DNA from: Lama guanicoe
Lineage: Eukaryota
Direction of reading: 5' to 3'
Assembly: GCA_013239625.1 (NCBI GenBank)
Contig: MU054187.1
Span: 17,414,711 to 17,478,710 of the forward strand
DNA: 64,000 bases
The first letter of the stretch is position 1; every line of letters starts with the position of its first letter. The position numbers and the translations under genes are program-made. Of the stretch, positions 52,975 through 64,000 are shown piece after piece. The notes under the pieces were generated by a model, which was given only the letters and a program-made list of their open reading frames with translations, had not been told where the DNA came from and ran no database searches.

Positions 52975-53200
52975 TATTAAGAGCACTTAGATGATTTCAA
53001 AGCACTTTGTAAAGTGCTCTTAAAAAATGTTATTCATAGTCCAAGTATTTGTAAGCTAAAATCATTGTCTCCTTTTTCTAGATGAGAAAGAGATAGCTGT
53101 TTAGCAACTTTCTAAGTGAGAGTAACAGAAAGTACACAATGCATCTGGAATAAAAATACACAATTTCCTCTCATTTTTAGTCCACATTATGAACCACAAT
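52975..53200 (-). mobile_element. MIR SINE (diverged)
   Basis: TATTAAGAGCACTTA...TGTAAG...CCTTTTTCTAGATGAGAAA...TTTAGCAACTT. Confidence 0.55.
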
Positions 53201-53399
53201 GCTCCAGACAATTGTTAAAAATGCTAAAATTTTGACTAAATTTATACAAATGAGGGAGTTTCAGGAAATTATTGTAATAGATGTCATGGAAAACATTTCT
53301 TTAAAATTTTTATCATTTGTTAATACTGAAGATTGTATTTAACCTGTTTCTGTAAGTGCACGGTGGTAAATAAAGTGCTTGTCAATCATGACTGGTTTG

Positions 53400-53877
53400 T
53401 TGCGCAGCCTCTTGGGTAAGCCCCGTGATCCCTGCCTTCCGATATTCATGCCTTTCTGTAATCTCCTCACCTGGAGTGAAAGATGGACTTTTATGACTTG
53501 CTTCTAGTGAACAGAAGGTGGCAGAGGTGATGGACTGTCACTTCTGCCATCTTGTGAGCTGCTCTGTGGAGACACCCTCATTACAAGAGGGAGGCATTCA
53601 GGCAATGTTCACAAAAACCTCTGAGATTCTCAGTGTAACAACCCAAGAGAAACTGAGTCTGGACAACGACTCTAGTCAGTTTGGAAGTTGGCTTCCCTCA
53701 GGAAAGCCTTTAGATGAAACCTTGGCCTTGACTGACAACTGACTACAATCTTCCAAGAGGCCTTTAGCCAGAGGCACCCAGCTAAATCATGCCCAGATAC
53801 CTGACCCAAAAAAAACTATGCTGTTTTAAGATGCTAAATTTGTAGTAATTTATAAAACAGCAATATGTAACTGACAC
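53400..53877 (+). mobile_element. MLT1 (MLT1E-like) MaLR solo LTR
   Basis: CCCCGTGATCCCTGCCT...TGACTTGCTTCTAG...GGCAGAGGTGATGG...TGTCACTTC...CCCAGCTAAATCATGCCCAGA...CCTGACCCA...TGTTTTAAG...CAGCAATA...AACTGACAC. Confidence 0.85.
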
Positions 53878-54399
53878 CATGTATCTCCTTCACATCTTTC
53901 TCCAGCCTCATTGTGAGAGTAAAAGTTAAAGGCTGGATGATGGACAGATGCAACATCTTGGTTCAAGGTTAGTGTAAGACACACTGAAGATGAAACAATG
54001 TTTTTAGAGAAATTCATAGAACATCATAAGTAATCAGTGAAGTCAGATGGACAAGGTCAGGTGGTAAAAATCCAGCACGAACCAATGGGGACAAAAACAC
54101 ATTTTATTCCTTCATTGGACATAATGCCCAAGATTACATCACTCTAGAAGGAAGATTCCCATGACCATATCATGACATGAATTCTGTCCCTAAAAATATT
54201 TCATTCTTTTTATGGACCAAAGTCATTTAAAATTAGAAAAAATTAAAAATTAGAAAGGTGTTAAATAGAAAAGTGTCTAATTTTTGATACCATTAAAATA
54301 CAATACTATGCTCTTTGTAACAGTGAATCAAAATTATGTCATAATAATTTTTTAAGTAATAATAATAAGTATTTATTAATCATTGCTTTTTATTCATTA

Positions 54400-54590
54400 A
54401 GTGAGCCATTAATATGTCCAGTAATTCTGGGAGATAAGAACTCTTACCATGCTAAATTTAACAAAGAGGAAATTAAAGTTGAAGGATATCAAGTAATTTG
54501 CCAGAGTCGACAGCTGGAATCTTGTGGTCCTGGGATTTGAACTCAGATTTGTCGTTAGAGTGCCACTCCCTAACCACAACCCTATAGCTC
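54400..54590 (-). mobile_element. MIR SINE
   Basis: AGAGGAAATTAAAG...AAGTAATTTGCC...CTGGGATTTGAACTCAGATTTGTC...TAACCACA. Confidence 0.75.
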
Positions 54591-55462
54591 CTCTCTGTAG
54601 AGTAAAAACTTGTAATTAGTACCACTCTAGATTTCAGCCTTAGTTTTTTAGAGATTAACTGCAAGTCACTGCTACAACAACTCCTGTAAATTATAACTGC
54701 TATGCTAGATACTATAATGAATGCAAGAGTAACATAAAAAGGTCTTAAAATGTCTTCAGTCGACTTTGGGAAATACAGAATCAGTACAGGAAATTAAATC
54801 CATGTATTAGCAGCTGCTAAGTCATGATGACTTAATTGACTGTCAGAATTTCAAAACTGAGGGCAATCATAAAGAAAATGGTCTAGTCAGAAGAGGCTTC
54901 TAGTATATTGTAGAATTTGAGCTGGCATTTAACAATGGTTATGAGTCTGTTACAATTCAGAAAAATAAATAAGTATCAGTATCATTTTCAATTCCTTAGC
55001 AATACCCATAAGAATGTAACTTCTCTATGTTTAGTGAAGGAAATAGGCAGATTTTCCATAAGTGATCTAATCAAATATTGACCTAAAATCTGTGGAAAAT
55101 ATTAGAAACTCCAAGAAGAATCTTGGGGTTGATGTTGTTCTGGAACAAACATAAAGCAAAATTTAAGTCAATGCTTTAAGATTTTTTTTATTAATTAGAT
55201 CCAGCCTGGAAACTGTGAAAAACTATCTGAAGAACAATGTTCTTTGGTAAGAATTACTCTGAGGATTTCTGAGTATGAAGATTATAGTCCAAATCTAGAA
55301 GAGACCCCTTGGAATGACTGCATGACAGAGGGCAGAAAATAAACCACATTGATCCCATACGTCAGGGCTCTTGAGTTTAGAGGAATATACTTATTTTCTC
55401 GTGATCTGAGAAGCAGCCAAGTCAGACGCAGCCACCTCTGCCATCACTGAAGACACCAGCAC

Positions 55463-55910
55463 ACTGAGCTTAGATTGGGTTCTAGGAAACAGACTCGGGG
55501 AGGGTTACTGGCAGCTACATTAGTTAGGAAATGAGGAACATAGGAACAGAGTGGGAGAAAGAAGTCAACCCTTAGTATGGTACGATGGAGGACTCAGCCA
55601 ATCATATGGACCACTGGATGGCTCTCCAGAGTTACCCTAACTTGAGATAATGAGTCTTGCATTTCATCATCAGCCGGTCAGTCAAGGGGCTTAGCCTTGA
55701 GCTCTGCTTGGGAGGGAAATATCCAGGGAGGAATACAGCCATGAGACATCAGCGATTGACTTACCCAGCATCTCTGTACTCCCTCTGAGGACTGATGGTA
55801 AATTCCAGTAAAGAGGGATTTAAAAAGAGGGTAAAAGAAGGGACAAAATGGAGGAAAACTAAGGTGAGAGAAAATGCTGTCTCGGTAGCCCAGCTCCTCA
55901 GTTCCACAGC
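55463..55910 (-). mobile_element. ERVL-class LTR (LTR33/LTR16-like), old
   Basis: CTTAGATTGGGTTCTAGGAAACAGACTC...CTCAGCCAATC...CTCCAGAGTTACCCTAACTTGAG...TCAGTCA. Confidence 0.5.
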
Positions 55911-56899
55911 AAACCATACAGCATTATTTTGCCCAGAGCTACAGAAACACTATTACCTTCTGCACTTTCTATTCTTTTTTAACTTTGCTCCCACCACCAG
56001 TAATAATGATAGAAATAATAGCTTCTTCTTTTTCTCCTCCTTCTCTGGCTCACTGTAACAAATGTCTTCATCAACACTGACTCTGATCTCAGGAGACATG
56101 AAGAAAGCTCCTGCTCTTCTCATTGTCTAGGGGATCCACCCTAGACAATGGGTTAGAGCCCACTGTTACTCACTGCACTTACGACCCTGGATTTATCAGT
56201 CCTAGTCCACCTGAAGTCAGGCAAAACCCTTCCCTAGACTACAAGCATACGAGTTGCTAAGATTTTTAAAATATGGAAATGATCTGTTCTATAATGTTCT
56301 GATACCTTAAAATGAAGCAAATAGAACAAGAAAATAAAGAAGAGCTGAACTCATATCTGCCTCTGTATTTATCCAGGGCTATCATTTGTGGAGTGTTTTC
56401 ATATTTCTCTTACGCCAGCATGACCGAGGGGATAATAAGCACATGTGTCTTTGGGTCAGTGGCAAGAGGAAGGTCATGAATTCTGATGAAGTAGAGACAC
56501 AAAATAGTGGACGAAATTCTACATTGAATTGTTTTTTTTTACTTTGTAAGAAAACTCCAGATAAATATTTTAGATTGATTTTTCTAGTAACCATAGTAAG
56601 AGCAGAAGAAAACTGTGTTCATTTTAATATATAGTATGTGATTTGAGCTTCAGAACAATTCTATGAAGCACTCTTTAATTTCATTTTATCAAACTGAAGT
56701 TTACGAAAATATGTTATTTTTATAAGGTCACACAACTAGATAATGTAGACCATGGGTTTAATTCCAAGCCTTGCCTTTCATAGAAATCATTGTAAGAAAT
56801 CACAAATTTCTTACAAATTTCTTCCTTTGTTTATATTGAGAGTCACAACCACTTTATGAAAGTTGTGGAAGAAATTTTAAAAATAAATATTAGAGTATA

Positions 56900-57350
56900 A
56901 TAAGTAGTAAATACAAATAAAGTTTACTTTTCTAAATTTTTGAATACTATTGCATTTATAAAAACCCATGGAATATAAAAAAGGTCCACAGTGTAAATTT
57001 TACTCTTATTCCATCCTTCTTCTCTGTTCCTATCTCATCCAAAATAATCATTTTTGTTAGACTTTTGGTGTGTCTCTCCAATGCAAAGATATACAAATGT
57101 TCTCCACATTTGACACCAAATCTCACTCTTCTATGACTTCTCTTTTTTATATAATGTTTCATGGAGAACTTGTCATATCAGTATACGAGAAATTTTCCCA
57201 CCCTTTAATTTTTTCCAGTATTAGAATAGTCCATTGAATGAGTAAATCACAATCTAGTCAACCACCCCCATTGAAGGCCTTTGGGTTTTTCCCAATTTCT
57301 TCCAATTACAAATCATGCTTGTGTGTGTATCATGCTACTTTACATACAAG
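56900..57350 (-). mobile_element. Ancient L1ME 3' UTR fragment
   Basis: GTCATATCAGTATA...GAATAGTCCATTGAATGAGTAAATCACAAT...CAACCACCCCCATTGA...TTTCCCAATTT. Confidence 0.6.
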
Positions 57351-60300
57351 GACTTGGATTCATAAATTCACAAATGGCTGCATTAATGCATAAATCACTA
57401 AGATCAATATCTGTTGAATGGATATAAAAGTAGATACGATCTACAAAAGAAATTTTTCAATTCACCTTTGTTTTAGACTTTTGACTTTCACGAATACAGA
57501 ATAAGAATCTCCTGAGAGAGTTAATTGAATCTACCCAAGGAATGCTTTTGGATCTGATGCTCAATGGCTCAGGTGGTAATGAAACGCCATTTTACCTTGT
57601 TTACCTGCCTGTGTGTTTTGTCCTCAGGATGCAGATCCAGGTTTGGGGCAGAATCTATATGGTTCTGTGCCCTGACCAAATACCAGCACTACATACAACT
57701 TTAACAGAAACATTTTTTCATTGTTTGTTTGTTTCCATAACAGGAAAGTGAACTTCCGATTGGAAGTAGACCCAACTGTTAGCCCTATGTATCCTTTTTG
57801 ACTGTCGACATGTTCAATAGCACACATGAATTATCCCAGTTACATAAATCTATAAGGAAGTCTGCCTGCGACATAAGAAATGAGCTATCTTCTGACCCAC
57901 TTGCAGTTGGATATTCTCCTTGAAATTCTCAGAATTCTTCTCCTCATAATTCAACCCAAACTGGAGTTTCCATTGTGGTAAGTTCTCCAGCACCACCGTG
58001 CACTTTATTTTGTAGTCATTTAGGCATCTAGACTAGGACAGTGTTAAGAACTTTGTCACCCAGGAATCTCTAAATCCATTCCTCTCTCAAGGTACATTCA
58101 GAGAGACAGTCAAATTCAATTTGCCATTTTCCAGGAGATGAAATTTTGCTTAGCTTCCCTGAAATTAGAGTTGAAATGTACGTATTTAGAAAGTTATTGC
58201 TCAATCCACCCAATTAATAAGGAATTTCAGTCATACAAGTGAAAACAGGTAATCAGAATGTAACACTTCCAAATAATAAATAGGTATTATTTACTTTATC
58301 CCTGCTGTATTTTCTCAAAGGAAAATGTGACAGCTTAATACTTATGTTTACACAATTCATAAATGACAGAGTAGAGTCAAGCATAAAACCAAGGTTTTCC
58401 CCATTGGGACCAGGGCTATGAGTGAATTGCCAACTTTCAACGTGATGGAAGAGTGTTGATCGACTCAGGGATAAGATCCAATCAAAAGGAATTCTGTCTT
58501 ATCTGGATTCAATTTTAGAAAACTTTTGGCGATTTCCCCACAGTAAGTCAGCCAGCCAAATAAACAGACCCACTGAAAAGAACTCGTATAATATTTCTTG
58601 AAGTGGAGCGAATGGTCTGCACGTCATCTCTGTGGATATAGCTGAGCAGACTGTGTCTTCCAGAGCCGTGTGCGTGTTAATGTATAAATCTCTCACACGT
58701 TTGGATCTAACCCTTAAGGCACCCTATGATGCAAGGGCCATAATCTGTTGATGAGTCCTGGCAGATGAAAACTGGAATTAAACAAGAAACAAAAGCAACA
58801 AACAATGGCAGACAGACCTTTGTTGGACTGAAGTGCATTTTAATAAATTTCCTGTCGGAAGGCAGCAGCCGCCCAGCCAAAAGGCCTAGGAGCAGGGGCT
58901 GCACAAAGAGCCTGAGAGTGTCAGTGAGACAGTCAGACCCTTTCCAGCATTAAGAAGTGTGATTTATGTGCTATGAAAGGACAGGAATCCTGACTGAAAT
59001 TCATTCTAGATCTGATGACAGTTAAGATATTCCTAGAGCGGATCGCCGCGTCTTCCACTGCTCTTAGTTACATTTAAAAAATAAGGTGATATAAGTTAGC
59101 CATATTGTCCTTTGTGAGCAGGATTTTTTTTTTAAGGAAAAGAGTTACAATTGCAGATTTTAAATATGATGGCAATTTACCAGAAGTCAGAGATTAACTA
59201 GAAGGGTTAAACCGAACCAAGAAAACTGAGAACAGCCTTTCACCAGTGAGGAAGGCCAAGGATTAGGGACTGGAAGTGGTTGGCTAAAGCTTCAGGATAA
59301 TATCATTTAAATCCTCAACAGAAAGCAAATTAAACTGAGAGAAATCTTGATTGCCAGATTTATATGGACGAAAGGATACAAAGTAAATTCAAAACTACTA
59401 ACAATTCCTATGTGTTTAGAATCAAAAAATGTCATCAGAGTAAGTATTGAAATCTCTTAGAATAAAGCAATTTCAGAGACTTTAGGATGGCAGATCCAAA
59501 ACTAATTGAAAGAATTCCAGAAAAGAGGATCAGGCAACCTTAGGAGCTAGGGAGACAAGCAATTCTGCAAAGGACAGAACATTTAAAGGGACAACATCAC
59601 ATTTGACTGAATAACACGCATTTTTTTTCTTATAATTTATAGTAAATTTTATTTTCAGGTGAAAGCAGTTCACAGTCTGCTCCATCCTTTTGCACCTGGG
59701 GGAAAACAGCTTCATCCACTGTTCTGTATTTTTCACCTACACTTTTTAAGAGAAAGGACAATAGCTTTGTTTATCTTTCATTTGTTTTTATTTTTCCCAT
59801 ATAGGATTTCTGGAATTACATGCCTCTACCATCCAACCTTTTGTCCTAGATCAGTCCACGCAGCCTATAAAATAGCTTAAGTATTGCAAATCATGATCAT
59901 TATTTTAAAGGCATAGAATTACTCATGACAGAAGACTGGATTTTTTTTAAAAAGGATGTCTAGTATATAGGATCTAATCATCACCATCTGACATTTGTAG
60001 GTAGGATATATTTGGTGACCAAACTACTTGACAGATTTTCTTTTAAGTGTAAAATAAAAGCCTGGTGTTCAAAAGAACCATGAGGACTAATGGAAATCTG
60101 ACTGATTTTTTCCAGACTGGAACAAAAGAGTTCTGTGAGGCTGTCACCTTTACCAGCACTTCAAGGGACACAGAAAAAGCCAGAACACTCTTAGGACAAG
60201 CTTCAGGACAAGCTAAACATATCACCTCAGGTTATCTGAATTTCAGTCAATGCTAAAAGTCAGTCCTTTAAGTTAGAGTGGGAGGTGGTATCGCCATCCT

Positions 60301-60821
60301 GTGCAGGAACTGAGACAGTTTTAGCAGCCGACCAGGGCAGCGTACACCTGGGTCTTATTAATTAGGTCACAGGAATCCAGATAGGAACATCCATTACAGA
60401 GAGTTTACAGAAAAGATGTGGAAATGGAGATTAAAACATACGAATGGTTTGAAGTTACTCCTGCTGTGATTCACTTGATTTCACCAGAAAGGAGGCATTT
60501 GAGGGGGCCTGCAGAATGCATGGAAGGGAAGGATAAGGTGTTGTCCAGAGGACAGCAAAATAACCTCATAAACCCTTCTAATTTGAGAGTGTCTCGAAAA
60601 CTATGCAATTTCACCCAGGGCGAACTGATGTAGAATTACTAGTGCGCATGAGAGCCTGTCTGAGGTTCTTGGCTGAGAAGAAATGGGCTTTTTTTTTTTT
60701 GTGGCACTTAAATTTCAAACTGAGGCTGCTCACCAGAGGTTGATTTATTGTACATGGTTTGCAAAAATCGTCAAATGGAGTAAAATGTCAGAACATGGGC
60801 ATGTGTGCAAACTCACACGTG

Positions 60822-60838
60822 CACACACACACACACAC
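60822..60838. repeat. (CA)n microsatellite
   Basis: Direct observation. Confidence 0.9.
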
Positions 60839-60974
60839 TCATAACATTGCTCAGACATGTACATCTGAGACAGGCAAAAGGCAAAAAAAAAGAAAGAATA
60901 TTTTGAAAACCACGACTTGCTCTCACCTTGTAGAAGAGAGCAAGAGGGAGAAGTGAACAAGCTTGACCTGAGCT

Positions 60975-61260
60975 AGCACCGCCCCACCTCCCCTGATGCC
61001 ACTCACTGAGCTCCGAATAGCAGCAGTGGGAAGAGTACTCAGCTCCTCCTGTGAAGCCCCTTTCGGGGCCGCCGTTTCAGCCCCGATCACGGAGTCAAAG
61101 CCCAGCAAGGGGTAAACAGTCCCAGCGGCTCGTCAGAGGAGCACCAGGCCCAGTGAACCCTGCGCGGCAGAGGGACCAGGGCTGCAGGGCCTGGCAGCTC
61201 CTGCTCTAGAGCCCCGCTCTCCGGGCCTCATGAGACACTCCCCTCCTAATGGCGAGAACG
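60975..61260. promoter_or_regulatory. Small GC/CpG-rich unique patch, candidate cis-regulatory element
   Basis: About 15 CpGs in ~290 bp, visibly GC-rich against an AT-rich, CpG-poor background. GC-box-like CCGCCCC at ~60979. No repeat recognised. Confidence 0.4.
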
Positions 61261-61892
61261 TATCAGATCAAATCAAAACCCAAATCATCTAAAGCTTTTG
61301 TGGCTTCAGGCAGAATTGACCACTGATGGGCTCTTCTTGTTGCTTTCATTGTATCCTCTGAGGCTCTTGCCCCGCAGTATCAGCTCTCCCTGCCCCTGGG
61401 GTGTTTCTGTTGCTTGCGGTGACATCTACTGGTAGAAACGGAGACTTTCCCAAGCCGGCTTCTCTGGCAAGAGATGTGGACTTAAAGAAGGATTTCCTCG
61501 CCCCACCCTGACCCCGGCCCCCTACCTTTTTCACTCCTTACCTAATACAATACATTGGACCACATCAGAGCAGACTTACAAGATTTCTTTATAAAGATCC
61601 CAAGAATTGGTTAATTTTGCACCATTTCTCCTTGTCATTATCATCTTTGCCACAAGAATGGCTACATTCTGAGAGCTGTTCCGTCCTCAGCGCAGTCATC
61701 GTCCTATGAATTAGCTATCATTCAATCCTAAAGCCTGAGATGTTTTATTCTTACTTCCATGACATTTGTATTATAGTGACAAAGGCTACAGCTAGAAAGG
61801 GAAATGATACAAATTCCATTCAGGCTTTATCGTTTTAAATTCTCATTTTGTGCTTCTTTCATGCCTAGCTACTAAAACCCAGTTTTCCTCTT

Positions 61893-61960
61893 AAGAAAAA
61901 AAAAAAAGAAGAAGAAGAAGAAGAAGGAAGAAAGGAAGGAAGGAAAAGAAAAGGAAAAAT
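61893..61960. repeat. A-run/(GAA)n/(GGAA)n polypurine tract
   Basis: Direct observation. Confidence 0.9.
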
Positions 61961-64000
61961 AACGAGTTTATGAAACTGAACCTCTGGTGTGCCCCTCTTT
62001 TAATGGTTTACCTTCACGTTTAACACACCAGGATAAATTGCTGCTGGAGACATCAAAGCCAAGAAAGTGAGTCAGAGTCATTTCCCCTCACAGATCTATG
62101 GAGGGAACAATGCTTTGTTATAGTCACGGTGTGACACGGGGCTGCAGTGGCGCACTGATGCCGAAGGTATTACTGAATAGGGCGTCCCTCGTAGCAAATA
62201 CGGCGTGAGAGCCACGGCACAGGTGACTCCTATTTTAACCACCTTCGACCCACTCCATTTCTGTTTCCTCAATATTCTTAAACATGCAAGATAATATTTC
62301 AAATCATTGAAAATTCCAGATGTTCAATTATATTGCCTTTTTTCCCTCTCTCCTCAAAAGTGTGTCTCCTGTTCTCGGTTGGGGGTGGGGAGAGGGTAAA
62401 ATAACAAAGCCTTAAATCGAGTTTTTTAAAGATAAAATACGCTTTAAAAGAACACACTATAAATAAAAATAAAGCGAAGTGATAAAACTTTGTAGCATGT
62501 GTCTCGCACCCATTCTCTAACACAGTTGTGTTATACTTTTTCTTAAAAATGAAATATTTCAATAAAAATTAATAAATGTTTTATTTTTAGGAGTATATTC
62601 TCATACGTACTTCCATTATCATCATGTGGCTATGGTTTGGAATACAGTATTTTAGTTTCTGTGAATTTTTAAAAATGTTTTCCTTTGAATACAGAGAATT
62701 ATTCATTGAATTAGTATGTAATACAAATGAAGAAATCCTTTTTTTTAAAGAAATCTTTCTTAAAAGCAGAAAATCTAACCATAGACCTGTTATTTAAGAA
62801 AATAAATATCTAGGGTAAGAGATAAGTGAGAATTAATTTACAAAGGAGAAATAAAGACACAAAGGATTTACTAATCATTGAACCTCATACTCAGTTCTTC
62901 TCTTATTAATAACTATTCCATGTGCAGAAGAAGCCATATTTCCTAAAGTCATATCTAAGAATTAAAATTTCAATGGTACAACATTTCAGAAAAAGAAAGA
63001 GGCTCTACATTTTTAGTCACGTGATTAATACTATTTACAGCTGAAGGATTTTCTAGCTTCAATAATAACATGACCAGTGGAAGAATATTTAATTGTTAAA
63101 GTTAGTTTGTTTTCTTAAAACACAGTTCTTAAAAATTGAACCATGATATAGAAAGTGTGAAACTATGTGGAATGCAATAATGTTATCTCTGATGCCAGCA
63201 AACCAGGGTAGAACATCCAAGTCAAAACTTTTAAAAACAGAGTAAAATAGATGTCATTCACTGTGTCTTTAGTGTTAGGACACAGTGAGGGATTTCATTT
63301 TAAATGAATTGCTGCCCGTACATCTCCATAGCATTGTATATCTCCATCTCAGTTCAGTTTGAGCTTAACTTGCAGTTTCCTTTGGCTCTGGAAAACATAA
63401 CATTTAGTAGCAATTTTGTGGGTTTTTGCAGTACACACATGAAGGGGTAAATTATCATAGCATCCCAAATAAAACATTCCTATTTTCAATGTTGTATTTT
63501 GATGACTTTTCATTGCTTTTTCTTCCAAAACTATGGTTATGAAATAATCACTCTTCAAGAAACAATCTTCCCCCTCACTAACTGTCAAATGTTATTCAGC
63601 TAGCCAAATGTAAAGCAAGTGCTTAAGGAGTAATATTACGAGATTTTGGTGTATTTAGGGAGATGAAAATTTTAGAGTAAATGCCCTACTCTAAGTTTTT
63701 ACAGCAAAGAAACTTCTTTCCTTTTGTTTTTTGGATCATCTATGGAGAGAATTGTGTTATATTTTTTCTGGGTATATGGACAGGTACTTGGTAGAACCAC
63801 AGATTTCACTTTTAAAACTGAGTTCTCATTATTTTTTTTTTAATTTTCAGAAGTTACAAAGCTTTAATATCAACATGCAGTCTCTGAAAGTAATATTCAT
63901 TTATCTAGTCTTTTTACTTTGGTAGAACAAGCAGTGTTTTTTTTTATTTTTAAGACTCTATGTTGTTCAGGATACATGCTTTCTTTTAACCATTATTCAA

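Noticed and set aside
52977..53023. 12-bp inverted repeat TTAAGAGCACTT/AAGTGCTCTTAA containing an AAAGTGC miRNA-seed-like word
   Set aside because: It sits in the quasi-palindromic 3' end of a MIR, and the hairpin is too short for a pre-miRNA.
1..64000. Scattered CTTACCT/CTCACCT donor-like words and partial CTCF/REST-like motifs (e.g. ~37690, ~40590, ~43143, ~61163)
   Set aside because: Their frequency is compatible with chance in 64 kb, the matches are incomplete, and no consistent exon chain could be built.

Overview
This is AT-rich, CpG-depleted placental-mammal genomic DNA. I saw no Alu, B1/B2, SINEC, PRE1 or Bov-tA SINEs, and the young L1 3' ends and MER41-like LTR suggest a laurasiatherian, plausibly a cetartiodactyl such as a camelid (inference only). 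I found no supportable host protein-coding exon, RNA gene or CRISPR array, so the window looks intergenic or deep-intronic. The ORF track consists of chance ORFs, microsatellite read-throughs and retroelement remnants. Much of the window is interspersed repeat: a decayed two-LTR ERVL (LTR16/ERV3-16A3-like) provirus with a nested ERV1 LTR (2.2-5.4 kb), three well-preserved solo ERV1-type LTRs (23.8, 24.6, 41.4 kb), MLT1 and LTR33-like LTRs, L1s of several ages (some with target-site duplications), L2, CR1/L3, MIR, hAT DNA transposons and long purine-rich simple repeats. The most notable items are a divergent LTR promoter pair with an octamer and a CCAAT array, three repeated hairpins in an LTR R region, two CpG-rich unique patches near 61-62 kb and a few inverted repeats. 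I see no convincing previously undescribed biological system. Repeat family names come from recalled consensus sequences, and boundaries of old elements are approximate.
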